From the NCBI GenBank assembly GCA_016867415.1, contig VGJO01000001.1, forward strand, positions 80,052 to 144,051: 64,000 nt of DNA, in the 5' to 3' direction. The notes under the pieces were generated by a model. That model ran no database searches. It saw only the letters and a program-made list of their open reading frames with translations, and was not told where the DNA came from. Below are positions 45,321-54,722 of the stretch, piece by piece (the first letter of the stretch is position 1; each line of letters opens with the position of its first letter). Both the position numbers and the translations under genes were made by a program. Source of the stretch: Candidatus Harrisonbacteria bacterium. GTDB taxonomy: Bacteria > Patescibacteriota > Minisyncoccia > UBA6257 > UBA11618.

Positions 45321-46096
45321 TTGGCGTCGCTCACATCCACTCCCGCTTTTCCTATGATGGCAAGCTCTCTTTGCCTGAGCTAAAATCACTTTTTCAAAAA
45401 AACAATCTTCGCTTTGCTTTAGTCTCCGAGCACGAAGATGATTTTGATGAGAAAAAATGGATTGCTTTAGTAGAGGAGTGCCAAAAGCTAAGCGATGATA
45501 GTTTTCTTTTCATCCCTGGTCTGGAGATAAACTACGCTGGCGGTCACGTCCTCTGCTTTGGCCTCAATCAGCCAATCTCTTATATGAAAGGGATAGAGAC
45601 TTTAAAAGAAGCAAATAAAGCCGGCGCACTCATTGTGTTTGCGCACCCTCATCGCAGTAGATATAGAGTAGGGGAGGAGCTTCAGCAAATAATAAACGGC
45701 GTTGAAATCTGGAATTCGCACTATGATGGCAAATGGTCGCCTCGATTTCTTTCATATAAACTCTGGCAAAAAGTAAACAGAGAGGATAAAAAAATCTTCG
45801 CCTTTGCCGGCCTCGATTTTCATGATCTTCATCATCTCCACGGGCCACGACTAGAAGTAGCATCTTCTTTTTCGATAGAGGCAATTCTTAAAGCGCTTAT
45901 ATCGGGAAGCTTTGTGATTAAAAAAGATGAAAAAATAATCTCCGCTTTTCCCGATCTTAATATGTTTCCTCTTTTTATAAAAAGTTTCCTCTCTCTTTGC
46001 ATTCTCGGTGGTTATAAATTCGCTGGCAATATATTCTCCTTTTTCCCAAAAAGTTGGAAGAGAAAGATAAAACTATCCTTAAGAAAAAATCTTTAA
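45308..46096 (+). CDS. PHP-family metal-dependent phosphoesterase (CpsB-like)
   Basis: GVAHIHSRFSYDG N-terminal His motif, VSEHED, FAHPHR. Size about 260 aa, as for PHP tyrosine phosphatases. Overlaps the upstream gene by 13 nt. Confidence 0.55.
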   Translation: MEKIIGVAHIHSRFSYDGKLSLPELKSLFQKNNLRFALVSEHEDDFDEKKWIALVEECQKLSDDSFLFIPGLEINYAGGHVLCFGLNQPISYMKGIETLKEANKAGALIVFAHPHRSRYRVGEELQQIINGVEIWNSHYDGKWSPRFLSYKLWQKVNREDKKIFAFAGLDFHDLHHLHGPRLEVASSFSIEAILKALISGSFVIKKDEKIISAFPDLNMFPLFIKSFLSLCILGGYKFAGNIFSFFPKSWKRKIKLSLRKNL

Positions 46097-46100
46097 AAGA

Positions 46101-46958
46101 ATGAATGCAAAACAAAAAAGCGTCCCCTACTTTATAGGCATCGGCGGTCAGCGCTGTGGCACTTCCTGGACCTATGCCTGCCTCTTCGAGCATCCTGAGA
46201 TCTGCGCTCCCGAAAAAGAAATTCACTTCTTCAGCCGTGATCAAAAATTTTCTCAAGGCTACGATTGGTATGAGTCTTTTTTTAAAAACTGTGGTGCTAA
46301 AAAAGCCGGAGAGTTTTCCACTTCCTATATTTCTGATCCTCGTGTCGCCGAGCGTATCGCCGCTCGTTACCCAGAGATAAAAATTATTGCCATCCTAAGA
46401 AACCCCGTCGATCGAGCAGTTTCTAACTATTTCAATGACCTCGCCTCCGGCAAAGTCGAGAAAAGCATCTCCTTCGATGAAGCGCTTCAAAATCACCCAG
46501 AGTACATTGATCAAGGGCTGTACGGAAAGCACCTAGAGCCTTTCTTCAAAGCTTTTTCAAAAAAACAGATCCTTATTCTCCGTTATGAAGATTCGCTAAC
46601 AAACCCCGAGGAGTTTATTCGATCCATCTATCAATTTTTAGAGGTCGATTCTTCATTCAAACCTTCCTATTTGAAAAAGAAGGTAAATGTGAGCCGCGTC
46701 CCGACTTTTGTGGGTCTTGATAACGCTTTCCTAAAAATATCTTCTTTCTTAAGAAAGAGTGGTCTCACCTCCCTCTGGTGGCTTATCAAAAAATCCGGCC
46801 TTCCCAGACTCATCCTTTGGGCAAACACTAGCGAGCAAAGAGGGGAAACGGAATCTCTTCGCCTAAAAAAAGAAACCAAAGAATATCTTCAGTCTATCTT
46901 CGCCTCCGACAAGCAAAAACTCACTTCCCTAACCGGCATAAATTTCCCCAACTGGTAA
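46101..46958 (+). CDS. sulfotransferase-family protein
   Basis: FIGIGGQRCGTSW (5'-PSB-like P-loop of PAPS-dependent sulfotransferases). RNPVDRAVS 3'-PB-like region. Confidence 0.6.
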   Translation: MNAKQKSVPYFIGIGGQRCGTSWTYACLFEHPEICAPEKEIHFFSRDQKFSQGYDWYESFFKNCGAKKAGEFSTSYISDPRVAERIAARYPEIKIIAILRNPVDRAVSNYFNDLASGKVEKSISFDEALQNHPEYIDQGLYGKHLEPFFKAFSKKQILILRYEDSLTNPEEFIRSIYQFLEVDSSFKPSYLKKKVNVSRVPTFVGLDNAFLKISSFLRKSGLTSLWWLIKKSGLPRLILWANTSEQRGETESLRLKKETKEYLQSIFASDKQKLTSLTGINFPNW

Positions 46959-46965
46959 AACGCAT

Positions 46966-46991
46966 TGTCATTCCAGACTCGATCTGGAATC
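46966..46991 (+). repeat. short hairpin repeat (family H2): tgtCATTCCag actcgat ctGGAATC
   Basis: Stem attccaga/tctggaat. Same loop consensus as the other two copies. Confidence 0.5.
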
Positions 46992-47019
46992 TATAAAAAT
47001 ATTTACCTTATTTCTAAAA

Positions 47020-47715
47020 ATGACTCTCACTAATAAAAAAAGGATTCTCTGCTTCCATGACGTGCTTGATTCCGATATCTTCGAGTCTCGCCTTTTGCTT
47101 TGCAAAAAATTAGGCTTCCAGTTTATATCTCTGGCCAAACTTTTAGATAACAAGACTGCCGGTCCCGCTCTCGCCGTTACCTTTGATGACGGCTATCAAT
47201 CTGTGTATCAAAATGCTCTGCCTATTTTACGCAAACTTCACATCCCCGCCACTTTTTTCATAACCAATGATTTTATTGGCCTCAAGGAAGACGCTCTAAA
47301 AAGCTTTTTGAAAAATAATCTTCTCCGCTCTTCCTACCGTGAGCCCATGTCCTGGGAAGAAGTAGGAAAAATCGCTTCTGATCCTCTTTTTGAAATCGGC
47401 GCTCACACCGCCTCCCATCCCCGTTTGAATGATAAGTATCCGAAAGAATTAGCCGAAAAAGAAATAATCGAAGCCGGTGATAATCTCGAAAAAAAGATCA
47501 GTAAAAAAATCCGCTACTTCGCCTTCCCTTTCGGCGACAGTGATAGTGCTGGTAAAGCCGCTCGATCTCTCGTCCGCACTCGCTATGAGGCCGCCTTTTC
47601 TATTATTCCAGGAAAGATTAGCGGAAATGAAACTGATACGTCATTTCTTCCCCGTCACAGCCTCGACCCTGAAAGAAATATTCTAGTTTGGCTTTTTCAT
47701 TTATTATTTTTGTAA
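47020..47715 (+). CDS. polysaccharide deacetylase (NodB homology domain)
   Basis: AVTFDDGYQSV (TFDDG motif), IGAHTASHP (HxxxH). Confidence 0.75.
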   Translation: MTLTNKKRILCFHDVLDSDIFESRLLLCKKLGFQFISLAKLLDNKTAGPALAVTFDDGYQSVYQNALPILRKLHIPATFFITNDFIGLKEDALKSFLKNNLLRSSYREPMSWEEVGKIASDPLFEIGAHTASHPRLNDKYPKELAEKEIIEAGDNLEKKISKKIRYFAFPFGDSDSAGKAARSLVRTRYEAAFSIIPGKISGNETDTSFLPRHSLDPERNILVWLFHLLFL

Positions 47716-47747
47716 AAATATCATAAGTAGGTAATCGTCCTCAGTTC

Positions 47748-47870
47748 CGCGAAGTAATTTTGGATGGAGTTTGCGATTTCTTTTCGAGGACAAGCCCGGA
47801 GCATACTAAAGGAAGTATGTGAGGACTTACCGGAGAAAAAAATCGCAAAATCCGCCAAAAGTACGAGCGC
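47748..47870 (+). repeat. canonical copy of dispersed structured intergenic repeat in a convergent intergenic region
   Basis: Near-identical to 44026-44148 except the central loop (aaagga vs gggctca) and 2 substitutions. Confidence 0.65.
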
Positions 47871-48929
47871 CTAAGAAAAATTAAACATTACTTCATAAAT
47901 CGCTTCCGCAAGATGCTCCACACTATGCTCTCTCACAACAAGCTCCCTGAAATACTTTCTCATCTCTTCTTTTTCTATTTCCTTTAAAGAAAGAAGTGTG
48001 TCTATAGCTTTTCCAACTTGATCGGCCTTCTCGTTATTTTTTATAAAAAGATACCCCTGCCATTTCTTAGGGATAAGAGGAAGGAACGAAGGGTTAGAAG
48101 TGAGTACGAGGCATCCCGCCGCCATCGCTTCTAAGACACTTTTATCAAAAGATCCTTTCGGAGTGAAATTAAAAAGAATCTCCGCTTTCTGAAAATAAAA
48201 AGGAATAGCATTATAAGGTTTTGCCCCCAGAAAAAGCACCTCTTTTTCATTATTTCCTACAGATATCTTTTCTTTAAGGGATGATAAATACTTTCTATCT
48301 GTCTCACTCTTCGCTTCCCCAATTATCTGAAGCAATTCTGTTGCGTGCGATGCGTAGTAGCCCGTGATAATATTTTCTATTTTTTTCACATGAGTGATTC
48401 TGCCTAAAAAAAGAAGCGTGTCCCGTTTCTTTTCTGAGGGAGAGGAAAAAAGTTCAGTCTGAATCCCGTGTCCTACCGGGTATATTGGGGCTGATTGAAG
48501 TTGAAAAGTTTCTCGGGTGGAAGTAAACACTCCTTGGAGAAAAAAAGTAGAAAATCGCAAAAGAAGTCCTGGTTTGTAGCATGAAGTCTTCCAAAGGAAG
48601 ACCGGCTTATGGGTAAGTCGGAAAAACCAACCACCCAAAGCCGCATAGATTTCATTCATATGGACAAAGATCGCGTCATAATTCTTTCTTTCTTGAATGA
48701 TGAGTTGAAAGAAGCGAAAAAAAGCCTGTAATTTAGAAAAAAGTCCTCGTTCTCCCGACTTTCGGAGAGAAAAAAGCCGGACATTGATAGGGAGTGTTTC
48801 AGAAGAAGGAAAAAGACTAATGACTGTTATTTGGGAAAACTGCTTGCTAAAAGCCTGGACCAGGTAATAGGTATAGCCCAAGACATCATCATCTTTGTCG
48901 ATTTTTTGCGTAAAAAAGAGTATTCTCAT
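47871..48929 (-). CDS. glycosyltransferase (GT-B fold, GT4-like)
   Basis: N-terminal MRILFFTQK Rossmann start. FDKSVLEAMAAGCLVLTSN motif. Confidence 0.6.
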   Translation of the reverse strand: MRILFFTQKIDKDDDVLGYTYYLVQAFSKQFSQITVISLFPSSETLPINVRLFSLRKSGERGLFSKLQAFFRFFQLIIQERKNYDAIFVHMNEIYAALGGWFFRLTHKPVFLWKTSCYKPGLLLRFSTFFLQGVFTSTRETFQLQSAPIYPVGHGIQTELFSSPSEKKRDTLLFLGRITHVKKIENIITGYYASHATELLQIIGEAKSETDRKYLSSLKEKISVGNNEKEVLFLGAKPYNAIPFYFQKAEILFNFTPKGSFDKSVLEAMAAGCLVLTSNPSFLPLIPKKWQGYLFIKNNEKADQVGKAIDTLLSLKEIEKEEMRKYFRELVVREHSVEHLAEAIYEVMFNFS

Positions 48930-48937
48930 AGCATTCT

Positions 48938-50770
48938 ATGTGCGCTATAAACGGCATTACCTGTAAAGATCAAAGACTGGTAGAGCAGATGAATGCGTGT
49001 CTCGCTCACCGCGGCCCTGATGGTACCGGTATTTTTGTGGACCCGATAATCACCCTGGGCCATAACCGCCTTTCTATTATTGATCTTACGAGTAATGCTT
49101 CTCAGCCTATGGTCTCCGCCTCCGGAGAAACAGTGATTTCTTTTAATGGCGAGATTTATAACTTCCGAGAGCTAAGAGAACTCTACTGCAAAAAGCAATC
49201 TTTTAAAAGCGCGAGCGACACTGAAGTAATAGTAAATCTTTATGAAATCCTGGGAGAAAAAGCCTTCTCTCTTTTGAATGGTATCTTTGCCTTCGCTCTC
49301 TTTGATAAAAAAAAGAAAAAACTTTTTCTTGTCCGTGACTCTTCAGGAGTAAAGCCTCTTTATTACTCTTGCTTGGGGGATGATGTGATCTTTTCCTCAG
49401 AAATAAAAGCCATTCTTGAAAATAAAGAAGTTCCCCGAAGGCTCAATCATGAGGCAACGGAATTTTATTTCCGCCTGGGGTTTGTCTCCGAAGAAGAAAC
49501 GCTTTTTAAAGATATTAGGAAAGTCAAAGCCGGCCATTATCTCGAGTATGACCTTGCAAAAAAAGTTTTCTCAATAAAAAAGTTTGCTGAATTTGCGATC
49601 AAAAAAGAAACCGGCAAAAAATCCGCCCCCGAGCTTGAGTCTTTAGTTCGAAACGCGGTGACACGACAGCTCGTCGCTGATGTGCCTGTCGGCGTCTATC
49701 TTTCCGGCGGTATTGATTCCAGTATTATTTTAGATGCAGTGGCGCGTACGATGACGAGTCCCAAGACCTACACCATTCGCTACGCTCTGGATAAAGACGA
49801 AGAGCCGGCAAAGTTCAATATCGACGCGGACGTGGCTTTGAGGACGAGTCGTCATTATGGCACCGATCATCATGAGCTTGTCATCTCCTCCGAAGATGTG
49901 TTGGCTAATTTTGAAGCCGCTATTTCTCACGCAGATGAGCCCATCGCTCATCCCACCTCTGTTCCCATGTTTCTTCTCTCTAAAGAAGCCAAAAAGACCG
50001 TGACCGTGATTCTGACCGGCGATGGGGGAGACGAATTATTTGGTGGCTATGAACGCTATCGTACTCTGCGTAAAATCCTTTTATATCAGAAGCTTATCCC
50101 TGAAAATCTTCGGAGTATTTTAACAAAAATACACCCCGCTCTTTCTAAGGTGAAGAGTGGTAAACCTTTAGATATCTTCGGTCTTCTTTGGTTTTCTAAG
50201 TCTCCGCTTGAAAAGATTGTAAAAAGTGAATTTCTTGATAATAAACTGATAAGAAGTATTTACTCTCCTTATCTTGCTGATAAGAGTGATCTCCATCTTA
50301 TTGAGCGCTTCATGATAGCGGAAAAAAATACTTGGCTCATCGATTTTCACCTCAATCTCGCTGACAAAATGGCTATGGCGCATGGCGTGGAAAATCGCGT
50401 GCCTTTCCTCGACAAAGAGGTGATAGAATTCGCCGAGCGTCTTCCTCTCTCGCAAAAAGTTTCTTTCTTTGATCGGAAAATCCTTTTAAAGCGGGCTTTT
50501 CGTCACTCTCTTCCCGAAGAGCTTTTTCACCTCCCTAAGCGCGGTTGGATCTCTCCCGGCGCCAAATGGCTCCGCCACCCCCGCTTCATTGGCTTTGCTA
50601 AAGAAATTTTATCTCCTTCCTATCATTCCAGCACCGCCGATCTTTTTTACTGGCCTGAGATTGAACGCATCCTAAGAAGTCATATAGAAAAAAAAGAGTA
50701 CAATCTCAATCTCATCTGGCAACTCCTCACTTTCCAAGTCTGGGCCAAGAGCTTCCACATCACTTTATAA
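48938..50770 (+). CDS. asnB: asparagine synthetase (glutamine-hydrolysing) family amidotransferase
   Basis: MCAINGI (Cys2 nucleophile), YLSGGIDSS PP-loop. Confidence 0.85.
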   Translation: MCAINGITCKDQRLVEQMNACLAHRGPDGTGIFVDPIITLGHNRLSIIDLTSNASQPMVSASGETVISFNGEIYNFRELRELYCKKQSFKSASDTEVIVNLYEILGEKAFSLLNGIFAFALFDKKKKKLFLVRDSSGVKPLYYSCLGDDVIFSSEIKAILENKEVPRRLNHEATEFYFRLGFVSEEETLFKDIRKVKAGHYLEYDLAKKVFSIKKFAEFAIKKETGKKSAPELESLVRNAVTRQLVADVPVGVYLSGGIDSSIILDAVARTMTSPKTYTIRYALDKDEEPAKFNIDADVALRTSRHYGTDHHELVISSEDVLANFEAAISHADEPIAHPTSVPMFLLSKEAKKTVTVILTGDGGDELFGGYERYRTLRKILLYQKLIPENLRSILTKIHPALSKVKSGKPLDIFGLLWFSKSPLEKIVKSEFLDNKLIRSIYSPYLADKSDLHLIERFMIAEKNTWLIDFHLNLADKMAMAHGVENRVPFLDKEVIEFAERLPLSQKVSFFDRKILLKRAFRHSLPEELFHLPKRGWISPGAKWLRHPRFIGFAKEILSPSYHSSTADLFYWPEIERILRSHIEKKEYNLNLIWQLLTFQVWAKSFHITL

Positions 50771-50775
50771 AAGTA

Positions 50776-50806
50776 TTGTCATTCCGGACCCCGAGCCGGA
50801 ATCCAG
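50776..50806 (+). repeat. short hairpin repeat (family H2): ttgtCATTCCgg accccga gccGGAATCCag
   Basis: Stem cattccgg/ccggaatc. Third copy. Confidence 0.5.
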
Positions 50807-50822
50807 TACATTATGTAAACTT

Positions 50823-51764
50823 ATGACCCTCTCTCTCATCCTCCCTATCTACAACGAAGAAAAAAATCTCCCCTCATTATTTGAGCGTATAGAAAAAGTG
50901 ATGAGTGACGGCAGGTATGATTACGAAGTCATTGCTATAGATGATGGCTCAAAAGATAGTAGCCTGCAGTTTCTAAAAAAAGTGGCTGGAGAAAACCTTC
51001 GTTGGAAGTTAATCAGCTTTTATAAGAATTATGGTCAGACCGCCGCCCTCCAAGGAGGGATAGAGCACGCGAGCGGCGACATCATCATCCCTCTCGATAG
51101 TGATCTTGAAAATCATCCCGAAGATATTCCCCTCCTTCTTCAAAAAATGAGGGAGGGTTATGATCTAGTTTCCGGTTGGCGCCTGGATCGCTGGCGGGAA
51201 AATCCTCTTTCTCGCCGCCTACCCTCGCTCATCGCTAACAAAATTATTTCTTTTGTCACCGGTATTTCTCTCCATGACTATGGCTGCACGCTCAAAGCGT
51301 ATAAAAGAGAAGTTATCGTCGATCTTCCTCTCTACGGAGAAATGCATAGATTTCTTCCTGCTTATGCCGCCCGGCGCGGCGCAAAAATCACCGAAATTCC
51401 CGTACGCTACAGCCCCCGCGCTTCTGGCAAGAGTAATTACGGGCTCTCCCGCACCTTCCGCGTCCTCCTCGATCTCCTCGTCATCCACTTTCTCGATCGC
51501 TACCTTGACCGCCCCATTCATTTTTTCGGGGGCGGGGGATTGTTGTTTATCTTTGGAAGTCTCCTCTCGGGCCTCTACGCGATTTACTTGAAAGCATTTG
51601 CGGGCACGAGCCTTATCCGCACCCCGCTTCCTATCCTAAGTGCCTTCTTGTTTCTCTCTGGCTTTAACTTTATCCTTATGGGACTTATCTCCGAGCTCCT
51701 TATCCGCACCCATACCCCACTCTCCCCAAAAAACTCAAAAATAAAAGAGAAAGTTAATTTCTAA
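50823..51764 (+). CDS. GT2 glycosyltransferase, polyprenol-phosphate sugar synthase type (DPM1/ArnC/GtrB-like) with C-terminal TM helices
   Basis: ILPIYNEEKNL, AIDDGSKDSS, DSDLENHPEDIP (DxD). Two C-terminal TM segments. Confidence 0.8.
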   Translation: MTLSLILPIYNEEKNLPSLFERIEKVMSDGRYDYEVIAIDDGSKDSSLQFLKKVAGENLRWKLISFYKNYGQTAALQGGIEHASGDIIIPLDSDLENHPEDIPLLLQKMREGYDLVSGWRLDRWRENPLSRRLPSLIANKIISFVTGISLHDYGCTLKAYKREVIVDLPLYGEMHRFLPAYAARRGAKITEIPVRYSPRASGKSNYGLSRTFRVLLDLLVIHFLDRYLDRPIHFFGGGGLLFIFGSLLSGLYAIYLKAFAGTSLIRTPLPILSAFLFLSGFNFILMGLISELLIRTHTPLSPKNSKIKEKVNF

Positions 51765-51829
51765 GATTCGGGATTGAGAAAATCTTTGCCAAATACCCAA
51801 TTATCATTAAAATATTCAAAATCTCTGAA

Positions 51830-52651
51830 ATGTTTAATAAAGACTTATTTCTTTTGCAAAAAGTTACAAACACAGACGTCATTCATACGCCTTTTCCTTA
51901 TTTTGTAATAAAAAATGCATTACCCGAAAATATTGTTTCTGAACTCGTAAAAAAATTTCCTTCAACTGGAAAAATAACCAAAGGACAGAGGTACGGGAGT
52001 AATGAACGTTTTGATTATACGATAACTGATGCTGCTTCTGATTCAAGCCTCGATTCTCTATGGATAGATTTCTTAGATACGAATAGTTCAGATGTTTTTT
52101 ATGAAAAAATATTTGAGTTATTCGATAAAGATATTGCTCAGCTGTATCCCGAATTAAGTTTCCGAAAAAATAATAATTATTTAAAAAAAGGAATTCGTTA
52201 TCAAGATCCGCTTTGGGAAGACTCTATTAATTTTGATTGCCATATCTCAATAAATACCCCAGTAACAGAAAAACCTACCTCGGTAAGAAAAGTGCATGTT
52301 GATGATCCTAAAAAACTTTTCGGAGGTCTTTGGTATTTGAGAGATGATGACGATCAAAGCACGGGAGGTGATCTGGAGCTCTACGAATACATAAGAACTC
52401 CTAAAATGTTTGGGCAGCAAGTCTATGAAAACAGAGTGAAAAAAATAAAGACCGTGCCATACGAGAAAAATCTTCTTATTATATTTTTGAATTCTTTTAA
52501 TTCTCTGCACGGAGTCACTATAAGGGGAAAAACAGAAAAAACAAGAAAATTTGTAAACGTGGTGGCCGAATTAAAAAATTCTCTTTTTGATATAAATAGT
52601 TTTCAAGAAAATTTTATAGAAAGAAAAATAAGGCAAATGATAAGCAGTTAA
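51830..52651 (+). CDS. hypothetical protein, possibly 2OG/Fe(II) oxygenase-like
   Basis: HVDD (HxD) and a downstream LHGV..R. Otherwise no clear motif. Confidence 0.35.
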   Translation: MFNKDLFLLQKVTNTDVIHTPFPYFVIKNALPENIVSELVKKFPSTGKITKGQRYGSNERFDYTITDAASDSSLDSLWIDFLDTNSSDVFYEKIFELFDKDIAQLYPELSFRKNNNYLKKGIRYQDPLWEDSINFDCHISINTPVTEKPTSVRKVHVDDPKKLFGGLWYLRDDDDQSTGGDLELYEYIRTPKMFGQQVYENRVKKIKTVPYEKNLLIIFLNSFNSLHGVTIRGKTEKTRKFVNVVAELKNSLFDINSFQENFIERKIRQMISS

Positions 52652-52672
52652 TAAAATAAAGATTAGCTTGAT

Positions 52673-53458
52673 ATGTTTCAAAAAATAACGAAAACTATTT
52701 ATCGAATTCTAATCCCATCTTTTATAGAAAGGGGAGCTGATCCGGAAAAAGAGAGCTTAAGAAAATTTATAGAAACGGTAGCGGCAAAAGAAATAAGAGC
52801 GAAAGAGCGGATGTTAGATGCCGGAGCTGGGTTTAAAAGATATGAGGGTTTTTTTAAGCACGCAATATATGAATCGACTGATTTTGAAGATATTTTCAAT
52901 AAAGATTTTAAAAATAAACACACATTCGTTTGTAGTCTAGATAATATCCCAGTGGCTGATAATACATACGATGCAATTATAAATAATCAGGTTCTGGAGC
53001 ACGTAAAGTATCCTAAAAAAGTTTTAGAAGAGCTATTTCGAATACTAAAGCCTGGAGGGAAGATATTTGTTACGGTCCCTCAAATCTCTCATGTCCACGG
53101 AGCGCCTTACAATTTTTTCTTTTTTACTAATTTCGGCTTAGAACTTCTTCTAAAAGAGACAGGTTTCAGAATCATTTCTATTAAACCTCGAGGAGGTATC
53201 TTTTTTGTGATTGCTAAATGGATGAATGTCTTTTCCGATTATTTGTTCTATCAGCACGTCTTTAATGGATGGAAGAGAAATATCTCTTTCAAACCTGAAA
53301 AAACAGGCAGGGTAAAATTTTATCTTTTATTCCCTTTTTATTTTATTTCTAGAATAGTGATTGGCGAGTGGGGCGCTTATTGCGTCTCAAAGTTAGATTT
53401 TCTAGATAAGCAGAAAAACTTCACTCTTGGTTATTCTGTTTATTGTATAAAGCCTTAA
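52673..53458 (+). CDS. class I SAM-dependent methyltransferase
   Basis: MLDAGAGFKRY (motif I), LKPGGKIFVTVP (post-II). Confidence 0.65.
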   Translation: MFQKITKTIYRILIPSFIERGADPEKESLRKFIETVAAKEIRAKERMLDAGAGFKRYEGFFKHAIYESTDFEDIFNKDFKNKHTFVCSLDNIPVADNTYDAIINNQVLEHVKYPKKVLEELFRILKPGGKIFVTVPQISHVHGAPYNFFFFTNFGLELLLKETGFRIISIKPRGGIFFVIAKWMNVFSDYLFYQHVFNGWKRNISFKPEKTGRVKFYLLFPFYFISRIVIGEWGAYCVSKLDFLDKQKNFTLGYSVYCIKP

Positions 53459-53465
53459 TCTCTCG

Positions 53466-54722
53466 TTATATTTTCCTGATAAATAAAATAAGAAGTACCC
53501 AACCCGCCAACTTTGAAAAGATCCGGGCAAAAATTAAGCCGGGAATCTGGAAGAAATAAACCCCAATAACAAGAAAAAGTATTTTTATGACACTGCTGTA
53601 AGTAGTGAGTTTGTATTTATCTAATATTCTCCTTTGGGAATCAAAAAATGAAATAGGTACTACGGAAGAGAGGAGTATTGTTACCGCATATAATTTAGAG
53701 TAATAAATTGAATTCTGATAAAGAGGAAAGAAAAAGCGGATAAGAAAATCTGCGGAATATAGATAGAAAAGAAAAATAGTGATAAGGGGAATAAAAAAGA
53801 GCGTTTCTTTTTTAAGAAGGTTTGATTTCACGTCTCTCCTGTCCCGAGCAGCGAATCTCGGAATAAGGAGAGACATGAGTTTTTTTGCTACCGATTGGAA
53901 GTAATTTGGAAAAAGAGTGGTAAAGTTATAAATAGCTAACTGAGTTGCCCCTAAAAATTGAAATACAAGCACCCCATCAATTTTGTCAGCTATTGCAGCA
54001 ATCCCATTAATAAAAGTGAGGTGAAAGGAAAGATCTTGGGATTCTTGAGTTTCTTTCGTTGTAACGGGAGAAATATTTTGTGTTATAAGTCTTTTTCTTG
54101 TAAGAGCGTAGCCGATAAAAGAGATGATTACTCTTGGGGCAAAAAAAGCCGTAATGAGAAAAAAGATGCTCTGTGAAAAAAAGATGGCAGAAGAAAGAGT
54201 AAATGTTCCAAAAAGATTTCCATAGAATTGATAAAGAGTAAGGAGTCTAAAATTCTTTTCTCCATTAAGAGTCGCAGAAAAAACCTCAAAGATTTTAAGA
54301 AGGTAGTTAGCAAGCGCGATTATGAGTAAACTGAGTCCAAAATCAATATTTTTGTTGTAGAAGTAATAAATTGATGCTCCTATGGTAATTATGAGAAAAG
54401 GAATATTCCATTTGACCGCCTGATTATAAGCGCTGAAGAAAACCTCTTTCTTGCCTCGAGCTACCGATCGCACCACTGCTGGAGAAAGCCCAGTGAGTGA
54501 AAAGGCTAAAAAAATTCCTAATAATGACTGAATGTATTTATATTGGCCAAAAATTTCTGGAGGAAGTTTGTTGCCTAGAAAATATGTAGTGATAAAACTT
54601 AGAAGAGTGGCGGTAATGATGTCAAAAGCTATCCAAAATCCCCCTTTCGCTAAGTAAAGAGCGTCAAATTTAAATAACCTTCCTAGCGTAGTAAGAAGGG
54701 AATGAGTCTGCCGTTTAATCAT
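53466..54722 (-). CDS. polysaccharide biosynthesis protein / Wzx-like flippase (MOP superfamily)
   Basis: 418 aa, about 12 TM segments, typical size/topology of O-unit flippases. Confidence 0.55.
   Translation of the reverse strand: MIKRQTHSLLTTLGRLFKFDALYLAKGGFWIAFDIITATLLSFITTYFLGNKLPPEIFGQYKYIQSLLGIFLAFSLTGLSPAVVRSVARGKKEVFFSAYNQAVKWNIPFLIITIGASIYYFYNKNIDFGLSLLIIALANYLLKIFEVFSATLNGEKNFRLLTLYQFYGNLFGTFTLSSAIFFSQSIFFLITAFFAPRVIISFIGYALTRKRLITQNISPVTTKETQESQDLSFHLTFINGIAAIADKIDGVLVFQFLGATQLAIYNFTTLFPNYFQSVAKKLMSLLIPRFAARDRRDVKSNLLKKETLFFIPLITIFLFYLYSADFLIRFFFPLYQNSIYYSKLYAVTILLSSVVPISFFDSQRRILDKYKLTTYSSVIKILFLVIGVYFFQIPGLIFARIFSKLAGWVLLILFIRKI

Noticed and set aside
7036-47870. CRISPR array interpretation of the recurring repeats
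   Set aside because: Repeats are 95-180 nt and kilobases apart between unrelated genes, with no regular repeat-spacer periodicity and no cas genes.
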